From assembly GCA_043228905.1 (NCBI GenBank), contig JBHGNT010000013.1, positions 10,354,001 through 10,418,000 on the forward strand: a stretch of DNA of 64,000 nucleotides, in the 5' to 3' direction. The notes below the pieces were generated by a model. The model did not search any database. It saw only the letters and a list, made by a program, of their open reading frames with translations, and was not told the origin of the DNA. Shown here piece after piece: positions 25,731-37,400 of this stretch. Made by a program: the position numbers and the translations under genes. Each line of letters opens with the position of its first letter. The stretch's first letter is position 1. This DNA is from Azolla caroliniana (lineage: Eukaryota; Plantae; Polypodiophyta).

Positions 25731-28323
25731 ATGGTCGAATCCTCCTTCCCCAATATTCCACACAGCAGAACCCCGAGTCCATTATGCCTCTTGCAGCTTC
25801 TGGCCTCAGGAACAAGGATTGGGTGGTTATTTAAAGGTGATCGATGCCCCTGCACACCCTGATGCCCAAGCAGTCGCGCGCCAAATTCACCCAGACACAG
25901 TCACCAACAATATGATTCGTGCTACCTTGGACCTGAAGCGAGGAGGTGATCATGAAGTCGAGATTCCCCCTTCCACAACCCTGAAGGAACGTGTATTCCA
26001 TATCTGATAAAGCCTATCGTACCTACGGTGGATCCAACAAGGCATTCAGAGAACTCGCTCGCATCCTGATGGAATACGCGTTCGTGCATACCAACCCTAC
26101 AAGTATGCCACAGAGCAAAGCGGCGATCATTATCAGTGCATACGAGGGAAACAAAATCGACTGGGGAATCATCACAGGCGAAGGAATCCATGCGGCGCTC
26201 GAATCCTTCCAAACCGGTAAGCATTTGTTGCATGTGATCAATCATTTCCTTACAGTCCTCTACCCACCTCCTTCGGTTTCCCCTCGTCACATCCTAACCC
26301 CTCCACCACCACCAAGGAAACAACGAGAGAAGATGTTGGAGATAACCCAGGAAGAATGGGAAGACCCCTCCCTCGTCTTCTCCACCTCCCGCAGGCGCTC
26401 AGAACCCCATTTCCGCCTCGGCCCCACCCCCACCAAAAACACAAAAACAACGGGCGGTAACAGCAACCCGTGTCGAATGGGATGAGGCCAAGGAGGCCAT
26501 CCCCGAGGATGTCACCATACGCCAGAGGCCACCAAGGACATCAATGACCTCTCCATAACCGAGCCCACGTCCCACAAACCAGCAACCCTCAGCCATCCGG
26601 CAGCTAAAGCAAAAACAAGCCGAGGAGTCAACACCACCGGCCCCGGACGCACAGGATCAACCATCAAAAAGACGCTGCATCATTTGAGAGGCAACCACAA
26701 AAACCAAAGGCGACCAACGTCAGAAATCAAAAGAGGCCAGCCCCACCTCCACGGACATAGTACCAGCGGAATCATGGCTCCAAGTCGATACGATCGAGCA
26801 TGGACAAACCACGCAGATATCAGAGGAGGAAGTCCTTAGTTACAAAGATCTCCCCAGAGAGGCATACGAGTTCAGTGCACTACTTCGACTGGGAACAACT
26901 TACGAGTTAATGGATTTCCTCGCACATGCCCAAGTAGTTACCGCCACTCGTATGGCTGAGGATCACGCCAAAACAAAGATGATTCAACGCGCTCTAATGA
27001 GTGAAATCGAACCTCACGAGGATCGAGCCTTACAGAAGATAGGACGGAAGAAGCAAGTATAGAATGCTTCGTTCCTCATGGAACTACCGGATCTGAACAT
27101 GGCCTTAGTCGAGGCATATCGCAATCTACACCACACTACTCGGGCAGCCAAGGACATGGCCCGACGTATCAAAATGGCGCATCAGCAAGCCAAACGGGCT
27201 AGCGACCTATGGCAAGCCGCCGAGGAGAAACTAGCGACATTCACACAGCAACCGTCGCCCTTAATCCTCCCTGCATCGAGTGACGTTGTCTCACCAGCCA
27301 CTCTTCCGAACCCGAGCCCAAGTGTTGAAGGTACTATCGCACACAAAGACGACACCGCCCACCCCAAGGTAGCCACGGCTGAGGCCAGCACAATGATGGA
27401 CTCGGTACAGACAAGTGAGCCATCGTCACGGGCAGATATCAGCCCGCACCCCCAAACCAACCAAGCCTCCACGCAAACGCCACCACCTCCGATCGTCATG
27501 GAACGAGCGACACAGACAGACAGGGAATCCTCGGCCAAAATCCAGCAAGCGGCAACCCAGACAGGGCCTCCCCTTAGGGACTACCAAGAGGAACTTCAGG
27601 CCCAAATCGCTCTGGCCGAGTTGGCAGAACAGAACCACAACAACGTTCTTGGCCAGAAACGGGAACAAGCCGCAAGCCGCGAAGCGAACCTCAAGCGACT
27701 GCTTGCTGAAAGGTCGGCCTCACTTGAAGCACGAGAACGAGAGGTGATGACCCTCCAGGTCTCTATCACTAAGGCTAAAGAACATTTCATCAAAGAAACT
27801 AAGCGGAATAGCCAACGGGAACAAGAGCTCTTCGCAGACCACCAGGAATTACGATGTCATCAAAGAGCCTTCCAAGACATGGCCAACGAACATATACAAA
27901 AGTGGAGGATCTTGGAAGAGCAACGATCTAATGGTGTTTCGTTTAGAAGCCGAAGTGTACGAGGAGGAACGGCTCGCTACCAGGATTCACAGAGCTCCCA
28001 CAACCACCGAGCAAGGAACCGAGTCACTCCCCATGGCAGCTCGACCGGAAGAACCTGCCCCTACCGACGTCCACATCCCAACCGAGCCACTCACCACGGC
28101 AGTTAGACTGGAGGAACCTTCCCTTATAGACCCCCACATCCCACCGGAGCCACAGACTATAACCCCGACCCTGCTTGAATCGGTCCCAACAAAGGAAAGC
28201 ACACACAACGACACCACCATCCCCAACTCGGCAACACAACCTCCATCACCAACCCCACCTGTCGAGCAGCCATCACAACCCCACGCCCCCGAGGATATCC
28301 TCGGCATATTGGAAGAGGAATAA
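25731..28323 (+). pseudogene. Element C extra ORF3, fragmented, homologous to G ORF3
   Basis: FRELARIL...MPQ...IIISAYEGNKIDW (ORF 25991-26485), coiled-coil ORF 27078-28106, C-terminus ILGILEEE*. Confidence 0.72.
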
Positions 28324-28397
28324 AACCAACTTATAAGCCCTCGTAGGAATGGGCAATTTTTGTAATTCGTGTTGTGTTGCCAAATCCATGGTGAACC

Positions 28398-28437
28398 GTG
28401 GGTCCGACAAACAAAGTCTTATCCCACAGGCGTGCCA
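28398..28437 (+). other. tRNA-Arg 3'-end-like motif (inverted PBS) at the PPT position of element C
   Basis: GTGGGTCCGACAAACAAAGTCTTATCCCACAGGCGTGCCA ends 2 nt before the 3' LTR at 28440. Confidence 0.82.
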
Positions 28438-31400
28438 GGTGTTGTCCATAGCCCAAAAATATATAAGTGTAAATGTAATACGTCGGTCGGTAAGGTAGAG
28501 TTAGGTAAATGTCGAGTTTCGAGCCTCACAGTCAGCCGACCGCTCGACTCTGTATGAAGAAAAAGTATATAAACCGAGGTCTGCGTACCTAGGAGCAAGA
28601 GAGATATCTAGAGCCTAGGCGACGTCGTTTCATAGTTATAAGAGCTTTGTAAGGTCATCGGTTGTGGGCCGTGTTTTTGTAATCATCGATAACTGTTTGC
28701 ATTAATACATATCTATTAGCTCTTGTTGTTTTCATCTGTGTGCCGTCGTGACAAGAACTACACGCTCCGATGAACACCGCTCGGCCACAACCGAGCTTAG
28801 AATCAAACACAGAAAACGGGGAATGAAAAACACGACACAAAGGAGAGAAGAGTACACAGGATGTTTAACGTGGAAAACCCTGAGAGGGAAAAACCACGGG
28901 AGTCCACAGACTCCAAACTATCACTATATCACAATGTACAATAGGAAAGCACCGAGGCCACGACCTCGAGCTTGCTATTTTCGCCACATGCGGCGGTTAC
29001 AACAGAGGCAACGACCTCTTCCTCTCTCTCTCTCTCTCTCTTTGTACACTGTTACGCGCTCTCTAGTCTTGCGCCAACAAGAATGACAACAACAACACCT
29101 TCTTTGTTTGCCCTAAGTCATATTTATACTAATATGACTTTTCGGCTATTTACAAATATAGCCCCGATGGGCTCTCAGAAACATATTTACGAATATGTCC
29201 CTTCATCCGGTGAGCACTCCTCACCGGGTCTACATCATTCATCCGGTGAGCACTCCTCACCGGGGCTGCATCATCCGGCACTTGTCAGGCACTTGTTATC
29301 CGGTTCTCACCTGGTCTTCCGTTGCCGGGTACTCTTCATCCGGTTCTCACTGGGTCTTCCATTGCCGGGTACTTCTCACTACCCATCCGGAGAGACCTAT
29401 TTCCTAACAAACTCCCCATTCACTCCAGCATGGGATGTCTTACTAGTCTGATCCGCTTCTGGCATGCATCCAGCTTGTCGGGTATCAGTACTTTGGTCAG
29501 CATATCTGACCCGTTCTCGGCCATGTGGATCTTCGTCAGCGTGAACTCCTGGTCATCTACTCTTTCCCGGATCCAATGATACCTTCGCTGGATATGCTTC
29601 GTCCGGGAATGGTAGGCCGCATTCTTAGCAAGGTGGATGGCACTTTGACTTTCGCAATAGAGCCGGTATTCATCTTGCCGAATACCGAGCTCTCCGATGA
29701 AGTCCTTCATCCATAATATTTCCTTGCCGGCTTCCACAGCCACCATGTACTCCGCCTCCGTGGTTGACAACGCAACCGTCTTCTACAGCCTCGACTGCCA
29801 CGAAACAGCTCCCCCTGCATATGTCATTACATACCCGGATGTAGACCGGCTGGTATCCACATCAGCCGACATGTCCGAATCGGTAAAACCGTCAAGTTGA
29901 GGTTTTCCGGAGCCGAATCAGAGACACATATTTGAAGTGCCCTTCAAGTACCCGGAGTATCCATTTGACCGCGTTCCAGTGCTCCTTGCCGGGATTGCTC
30001 ATAAACCGGCTCACCACTCCGACCGCGTATCCTATATCCGGTCGGGTACACACCATTGCGTACATTAAGCTCCCGACGGCAGGGACATATGGAACCTTCA
30101 TCATATTAGCCTTATCTACTTTCGTCTTCGGGCTTTGCTTGCCGGATAATCTACAGTTTGTCGGGTGTGTCGATCCGACTGGTTTCGCTTCTAACATGTT
30201 GAACCGCTGAAGCACCTTTGTCACGTACTTCTCCTGTGATAGCCATAGTTGCTTCGATGGCCGGTTCCGAATGATATGCATCCCCAACATCTATCTTGCC
30301 GGACCCAAGTCTTTCATTGAGAAGGTCCAGTTGAGAGCCTTCTTCAGCATACGTATTTTGGCTTGGTCCCGTTCGACGATCAACATGTCATCCACGTACA
30401 GAAGGAGTATCAGGAAGTCGCCTCCTTCGAACTTCTTCATAAACACACAGCGGTCAGCCTGTGTCTTGTGGTACCCTTGATCGGTCATGAAGGAATCAAA
30501 CTTCCGATACCATTGTCGGGGAGTCTGCTTCAGTCCGTACAGGCTCTTCTTCAATCGGCATACCAGGTGCTCCTTCCCTTTCTCCACGAATCCTTCAGGT
30601 TGCTGCATGTAGATCTCCTCTTCGAGGTCACCGTGAAGGAATGTCGTATTCATGTCCAGTTGCTCTACCTCGAGTTCCATGCTTGCAGCTATATTCAGCA
30701 CCGTCCGGATGGAGGTCATCTTTACTACCGGGGCAAATATCTCGTCGAAGTCCACGCCCTTCTTCTGCTGGAACCCCTTCACCACGATCCTCACTTTGTA
30801 TCTCGGGGGTTGCCGGCATCTCCCGGTTTCAACTTGTACACCCACTTGTTTCAGAGTGCCCGCTTTCCTTTCGGCAACTCCACCAATTTGTACGTATGGT
30901 TCTCATGCAAGGAATGACACTTAACCATTTGCGGCTATGGGCGTCACTTTTAGCTTCCTCGAAGCTTTCTGGCTCCCCCTCATCGGTCAGCAGCACATGC
31001 TCTGCATCCGGAAATCTCCGGGCGGGGCTTCTCTCTCTGAGAGGATATCTCCATCTTTGGGCTTCGGTAACCGGCTCCTCCATTTGCTCTTCATCCGAAT
31101 CCGATTCGGGGTCTTGGCCGGTTCCGGTTTCAGCTTCCTGTACTTCTTCTTCTTCCGGTTCGGTATCCTCACCGTAACCGGCTGGTTCCTCGAGTGCTAA
31201 CCGGTCTCTTGCCGATTGGTTCTGTTCCTCGTAGAATCGATCCTTACTGGTCGACTCGGAGTTCATTATCTTCTTCTCCGACTCCCAGTCGGCGAGCGTC
31301 TTGTCCTCCATGAAGATAATATCTCGACTCCGGAATACCTTCTTGTCGACCAGGTCCCACACTCGGTAGCCGAACTCATCGTCGCCGTAACCGAGGAATA

Positions 31401-31546
31401 TGCATGGCCGGGTCTTTGGATCCAACTTTCCTCTCCGGTCCTTAGCAACATGCACGTACGCTGTCGTAGTGTAGGTTGCACACTATGTGGAAATTATATT
31501 TTTGTCTCTCCGGATAGAGAATGGAGTGCTCGGTGAGAACCGGAAG

Positions 31547-31615
31547 AAAACGGCATACCGGCAAGGAGGAAAACGGCATACCGGCAAGGAAGAAAACGGC
31601 ATACCGGCAAGGAAG
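31547..31615 (+). repeat. About 3 copies of a 23-bp repeat (AAAACGGCATACCGGCAAGGARG) in element E U3; also present in the 3' LTR
   Basis: Direct inspection of the sequence. Confidence 0.8.
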
Positions 31616-32270
31616 AGCCGGATAAAGAGACATAAATGTAAAAGGAAAGGAAATACTCACTACTGCGCAGGGCGTGATTCGAACTCTGCACCTCCACGTT
31701 GACAAACCCCAACCTTACCATTACATTAAATTATCTTAAGTGTTTTAAAATATAGATTTAATATGTATAAGACCTTTATTTATGCATACCTTTATTAAAA
31801 GGTAAATCGTGTATTTCTTTAATATATGAAAAAGAAAAAACACGAGACACTAAAAATAACTCATGCACATCTAGCGTGCATGAGCCCTATACTTAGGAAA
31901 TAAAAAAAAGCATCACATGCACATTTAGTGTGCATGAACATATGAGAAAAAGCATGTAGCTATGCTTAGTCTCTCCCATCACTATATAAGGATGGGGAGC
32001 ACATTGTAGTTGTTGTTGATTATTTGGATTAAGTATTAATCAATACAAAAATTATTCGTGGGATTCACGATTTATACATCTACTTCTCTCTTAACACCCT
32101 AAGTACCAATTAATATAGTATACTCGTGTGATTCACGAGTTTCTTATCTTTCTCTTTGCTATTTTCTCATAATTAATCTCTATCTCACGAACTTCTTTCT
32201 CCTAGTCCAAGACCTCTGTGGTTCCCACCCGACTCACGCAACGATCCGGAGCCGAAAGGCACGACACAGT

Positions 32271-32288
32271 TGGTGAACCCGACGTGAA
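32271..32288 (+). promoter_or_regulatory. PBS of element E (tRNA-Trp)
   Basis: TGGTGAACCCGACGTGAA is complementary to the plant tRNA-Trp 3' end TTCACGTCGGGTTCACCA as recalled. Confidence 0.8.
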
Positions 32289-32304
32289 GACGGGTGGCAA
32301 GGAG

Positions 32305-34344
32305 ATGGAGGCTCAACAAGCTAACAATATGATGGCGATGTTCGAACGGATGCTTCAAGAACAACGCACGATGTCGGAGATTTCGGCATCAGTAGAGCGG
32401 CTCGTGCAACGCAACGGGCAATTTAATGGTAAGGATGTGTCGCGATATTTGCAGGACTACAAGGCGGAGATGCTCCGGTGCCGGGCTTCGGAAGGACTGC
32501 AAGTGACATCCTTTAACTGGGTGGCGACCGACGGGCTTCAAGGGAGTATCCACGGGTTGCAACAACAAAATCCGACGTGGGAAGCATTCGAAGAGGCGTT
32601 AAAGACCACGTTTGCCATCGAGGACTCCTCCAAGGCAACGCGGAGGGGATTCGAGGATTGGGTGGAAACGTCAGGTAAGGGGCTGAAGGTCCTCGAAGTG
32701 TTTTCGACATTCGAAAGTCGGTTCGGGAGGTTGTCCGCGAGAGATCAAACTATTCTTGCACCGGACAAAGTCATCATGTTTTTGCGAGCTGTGGACGTCC
32801 GGGACCGGAAAGATCTCGGAGTGCTTCTTGAGGACACGACCACCGAAAGCGGCCTCACCGAAACATGGGAAAGCGTGCGGGATATCGTCGCGCGGTACAC
32901 GAAGAGGGGGCAATGGCTTGCCAACGAAGAAAAGAGGGTTTCGGAACCGATTCCGAAACCGAGAACGGGACTGGAAGACCATCAACCGAGGGCTCGGGAG
33001 ATTACGGCCGAGAAGGGAGTCGACGCGTCTACGGTGGAGCAGCTGCTGAAGGAGATGGAGAATCTAAAGATCGCGATGGTGAAGGAGTCGGATGACCGCC
33101 CCACAAGCTCCAAATATACGGATCGACGGTGCATATGGTGCGATAGCGCCGAACACGATCGGAGGGATTGCGACGACCATAAGGAGGCGCTACGACGGGA
33201 TCTCATCTACTACGAGGGAAACCGGATTCATTCGATGGACTCTCGGAAGCCACTCCGACCGAACTTCCGGAAAGGCGGCATGAAGAAGGTGCTCGAGGAG
33301 GAGTTAGCGGCAAGAAGCAACTATGCGACAACCGCGGGAATATGTGTCGGGGAGTCATCGGGAGCGAAGGCGTCTTTTTGGCCGGAGGTGCTAGGAAACA
33401 CCGAGAAAACCGACTCCAACGATATCCGAAACACCGCGGAAGGCGTCCGGGAAGCTACGGGATGGGAGTGCCCTGTCGACAAGAATAGCATATACGCCCT
33501 GTGTCAATTACATGAGGTGTATGTGGACGAGAAACGACGGCGCACGGAGGATGCGGCCGGACCATCGAAGATACCGGAAAGCTGGAACTCCGGAGGTAAG
33601 GGAAAAGAAAAGGCGACTCCGGCATTCAAGCTCGCCTCGGACATAGAACAACAAACCGACTTGAAAAGAGTGTTCGAGGAAAGAATCTTGGATAGCCGGG
33701 TGGATTTTTCGCTGCGGGAACTACTCGGAATAGCGAAGAAGGAGTTTCACGATCTTCTCGTGGATCTCGTGAAAAGGAAGAGACAAAGTACGGAGGAAAA
33801 TGCTCCAAGGGTGAATGCAAATACCGTTTCAATGAACGACACCGAAGTGGAAGGCGAAATTCCGAACTCCCACTATACAAGGCCACACTGGGCACGTGCG
33901 ACTACGGAGACTCCGGTCCGAATCGGCAACATCAAAGAACCCGTGCTAGCATTGATTGATCACGGGTCGGAGATCAACTTGATGTCCAAGGAGTTCTACC
34001 GAAAGGGGAAGTGGCCTATAAACACCAACCATGGATGGAAGATTCGGGCAGCCACGAAAACGACAGAAGACCTATTTGCGGCTTGTCCGGATGTGACGGT
34101 AAAGATCGGGGATGTCGAAATTGACCAAAATTTCTTTGTACAGGATGAGGTTTCACATTCTGTCATCCTCGGCCAACCCTTTATCACGGCTTCACGGATG
34201 GAGACGAAGGTGCTCGATAGTGGTGCGGCTTTTGCGCGAATTCGGAGCCAAAACGGAGGGAAATCCGTCCAATTCCTAACGGTGCCGGCAAATCACGAAA
34301 GGAACAAGAGGGAACTCTTGTCCCAAGTGAGAATGGATTTTTAA
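32305..34344 (+). CDS. gag-pro: Element E Gag-protease
   Basis: Open frame 32218-34344 with first ATG at 32305; CIWCDSAEHDRRDC knuckle; ALIDHGSEINLMS...ILGQPF aspartic protease. Confidence 0.88.
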   Translation: MEAQQANNMMAMFERMLQEQRTMSEISASVERLVQRNGQFNGKDVSRYLQDYKAEMLRCRASEGLQVTSFNWVATDGLQGSIHGLQQQNPTWEAFEEALKTTFAIEDSSKATRRGFEDWVETSGKGLKVLEVFSTFESRFGRLSARDQTILAPDKVIMFLRAVDVRDRKDLGVLLEDTTTESGLTETWESVRDIVARYTKRGQWLANEEKRVSEPIPKPRTGLEDHQPRAREITAEKGVDASTVEQLLKEMENLKIAMVKESDDRPTSSKYTDRRCIWCDSAEHDRRDCDDHKEALRRDLIYYEGNRIHSMDSRKPLRPNFRKGGMKKVLEEELAARSNYATTAGICVGESSGAKASFWPEVLGNTEKTDSNDIRNTAEGVREATGWECPVDKNSIYALCQLHEVYVDEKRRRTEDAAGPSKIPESWNSGGKGKEKATPAFKLASDIEQQTDLKRVFEERILDSRVDFSLRELLGIAKKEFHDLLVDLVKRKRQSTEENAPRVNANTVSMNDTEVEGEIPNSHYTRPHWARATTETPVRIGNIKEPVLALIDHGSEINLMSKEFYRKGKWPINTNHGWKIRAATKTTEDLFAACPDVTVKIGDVEIDQNFFVQDEVSHSVILGQPFITASRMETKVLDSGAAFARIRSQNGGKSVQFLTVPANHERNKRELLSQVRMDF

Positions 34345-34398
34345 AGCGGACTGTTGCGGAGTGGGGAAGTGATAGTCCGAGAAGCCCTGATACCCCAC
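34335..34398 (+). promoter_or_regulatory. -1 ribosomal frameshift signal (G GAU UUU plus predicted H-type pseudoknot)
   Basis: Heptamer 34335-34341 directly before the gag stop; stem 1 34347-34357/34369-34379; stem 2 34361-34366/34393-34398; pol lies in the -1 frame. Confidence 0.78.
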
Positions 34399-34478
34399 AC
34401 AGGAAGAAAACTCTCGGAGCAAAATAAGTACGAATCGGCCCGGATGGGGCATCTACGTACACGGCCGTAACCGGAGGA

Positions 34479-37400
34479 ATGAAGAAACAATACCGACAAG
34501 TGGAGGATAAGTTACGGTCGGCATCAATAATAAAAGAAGACGAAGAAATCGTGGGAGTGATCGAGGAAGTGTTCTATGGGAATACACTACAACGGCTTGA
34601 AGAGCTTGCGGAAGATAAAAGCCAAGGGAACCGGGTAGTCCCGGTGGAATCGGTCGAGATGTACGAGATCATTGCGAAAATGGAGCCGGATACGCTCCGC
34701 AAAGAAGAAGCAATGGTAAGTACGAAATACAAGACCGTGGAGAAGAAGGTGAAACCGGCCGCGGGACCACTACCCGCCGATAGCGAACAAAAGAGGAAAG
34801 AAGTCTCGGGAGACCCGACACTTCGGAAGACCGTGGATATCGGACATGCCTTCACAGATGAGACCCGGAAGAAACTTCAGATCGGTGGAGGTGGGTTCCT
34901 CTTACAAGAAGAAGAAAAACGGTTTCGAGAGATGTTGGAGCAACATGGCAAAGCATTCGCGTTCACATCGAGGGAGATCGGATGCATTGATCCAAAGATA
35001 GTGGAGCCGATGGTGATTTTCACGATTGATCATGTACCGTGGAACCTGAAGCCGATTCCGGTGCCACGGGCGCATATTCCGAAAGTCATCGACTTGCTCA
35101 AGGAGAAGGTGGCGATGGGGATTCTAGAGCCATCAAGTGCTCCGTACTCAAATCGATGGTTTACGGTTCCGAAGAAGAATGGGTCACTCCGATTCATCCA
35201 AGACTTGCAACCGGTGAACAAGGTCACGATCCGGAACTCGGGAGTCGGTCCGATAGTGGACGAATTCGCGGAAGCTTTTGCCGGACGTGCGATATACTCC
35301 ATCGGGGACCTATACTCGGGGTATGACCAATTCCAACTAGCCGTGGAGAGCCGAGACATCACTACCATGCGGACACCGATAGGACTAGTTCGAATGTGCA
35401 CACTACCACAAGGAGCGACAAACTCGGTTGCACATATGATGAACGCGATGAACAAGGTGCTTCGAGATTGCATCCCGGAGATAACGATGCCGTTTCTAGA
35501 TGACATTCCGATGAAAGGATGCGCGGTGGAAGAAAAAGATGAGACTATGGATGATCGGGGATGCCGAAAGTTCGTGGTCGACCACATTCATGATTGCGAG
35601 AAAGTGTTGCGAAAGCTAGAAGATGTGCACCTAACACTTTCCGGGGAGAAATCGGCATTCGGGCAAGAAGAAATATTGGTGGTCGGACATCTATGTGGAC
35701 CCTATGGCCGAAGACCGTCACCAACAAAGATCGATGCGATTCAAGCTATGAAGGAAGTATGTGAGTCAACATCGGAAGTCCGAAGGTTTCTGGGTGCGTG
35801 TGCATTCTATCACATATGGATTCCGCACTATGCACATATAGCGGACCCGCTCTATCACTTGTTGCGGAAAGGTAAGAAATTCGAGTGGAAACCGGAACAC
35901 ACTAAAGCCATGAGGAAGCTCAAGAAGACACTATGGAGGGCGGAATCACTTAAGAAGCCAAGCTACGAGCGGCCAATCATAATAACGGTTGATACAAGTC
36001 CAACCGGTATCGGGTGGGTCATCAATCAAGCCGACTCGGATGGTTCGCGGTATCCGATCCGATTTGGAGCAAAGGTCCTCAACGAAAGGCAACGCGGATA
36101 TGCACAAGTCAAAAGAGAATTGTGGGGAGTCGTGTCGGCGATAAAATCGGATCGGGATTATTTGATCGGAGCTGAAGTGGTGATCGAGACGGATTGTCTT
36201 CCGATACTCGGGATGATGCGGTGTTGTACGATACCGGATGTGGCTATGCTAAGGTGGATTGCATATGTCAAGTCACTTAATCCGGAGGTTCGACACATCT
36301 CGGGGAAGGACAACGCGGTAGCGGACATGTTATCGAGGGCGCGGTTTGAAGACGACATAACCGAATCAGATAATGAAGAAGTTTCCGAAGACTACTTCAC
36401 GTCAGAACACATATGCCGAGTGAACGTGATCCGAGAATTCCGGGAAGAAGAATACGAGGGGGAAACCTTGATGATCGGGAAGATGCTACAAGAGGTCGAG
36501 GATTCAACCAATGATAAAGAAAGGAGAGCCGAGATCCGAAGGAAGAAGAGGCAAGTCCAAAAGTTCTTCTTGGAAAACGGTTTAATATGGAGGACGCCGA
36601 AAAGACCGGATGGGATACCACTTCGAGTAGTCGGGACGAAAGAGCAACGAAACCGGATAATGTCCGAGTTCCACGAATCCGATTGGGCTGGACATCGAGG
36701 AACATGGGCAACTTTTGTGAAAATCAAGCAAAGATATTGGTGGAAGAACATGTATAAAGATGTCGCGGAGTTCACAGAAAGCTGCGAGAAATGTCAAGTC
36801 TACTCCGGGGTCCGACACCGAGATGAGCTGCATCCGACATTCTCACCGACAATCAACTTCAAGTGGATGGTCGACATTGTAGCTATGCCGACCGGGATTG
36901 GACAAAAGAAATACTTGGTGTTAGCTCGAGAAGATCTCACAAACCAAGTTGAAGGTCGAGCGCTTCGGAGGAAAACGTGTACCGCGGTGTGCCAATTTCT
37001 TTTGGAAGAAGTGTTTTGTAGGTACGGCTGCGTAGGACAAGTGATTGCGGACCGGGGAGAACTCGACTCAGACAAAGCTAGGGGATTCTTCGCCAAACAT
37101 GGAGTTCGGTTAACGTTGACAACGGCCTACAATCCGGAGGCCAACGGGAAGATCGAACGAGGACATAGTTCGATCGTGAAAGCACTTGCGAAGGCATGCA
37201 ACGGAAGGGTGAAGGATTGGCCACAAATGCTTCCGTATGCACTATGGGCGGATCGGACGACGCATAGCTCTGTGACCGGTTACATGCCGGCAGAACTCAT
37301 GACCGGACAAGCACCAGTAATGCCAACGGAAACCGCAATCGCGACATGGACAATACTACCGTGGAAGGAAGAGATGAGCCGGGAAGAACTACTAGCGGTC

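Noticed and set aside
31670-31730. Functional tRNA genes in LTRs (also 3752-3813, 5101-5160, 43612-43670)
   Set aside because: Acceptor and anticodon stems do not pair properly; reported only as tRNA-like promoter modules.
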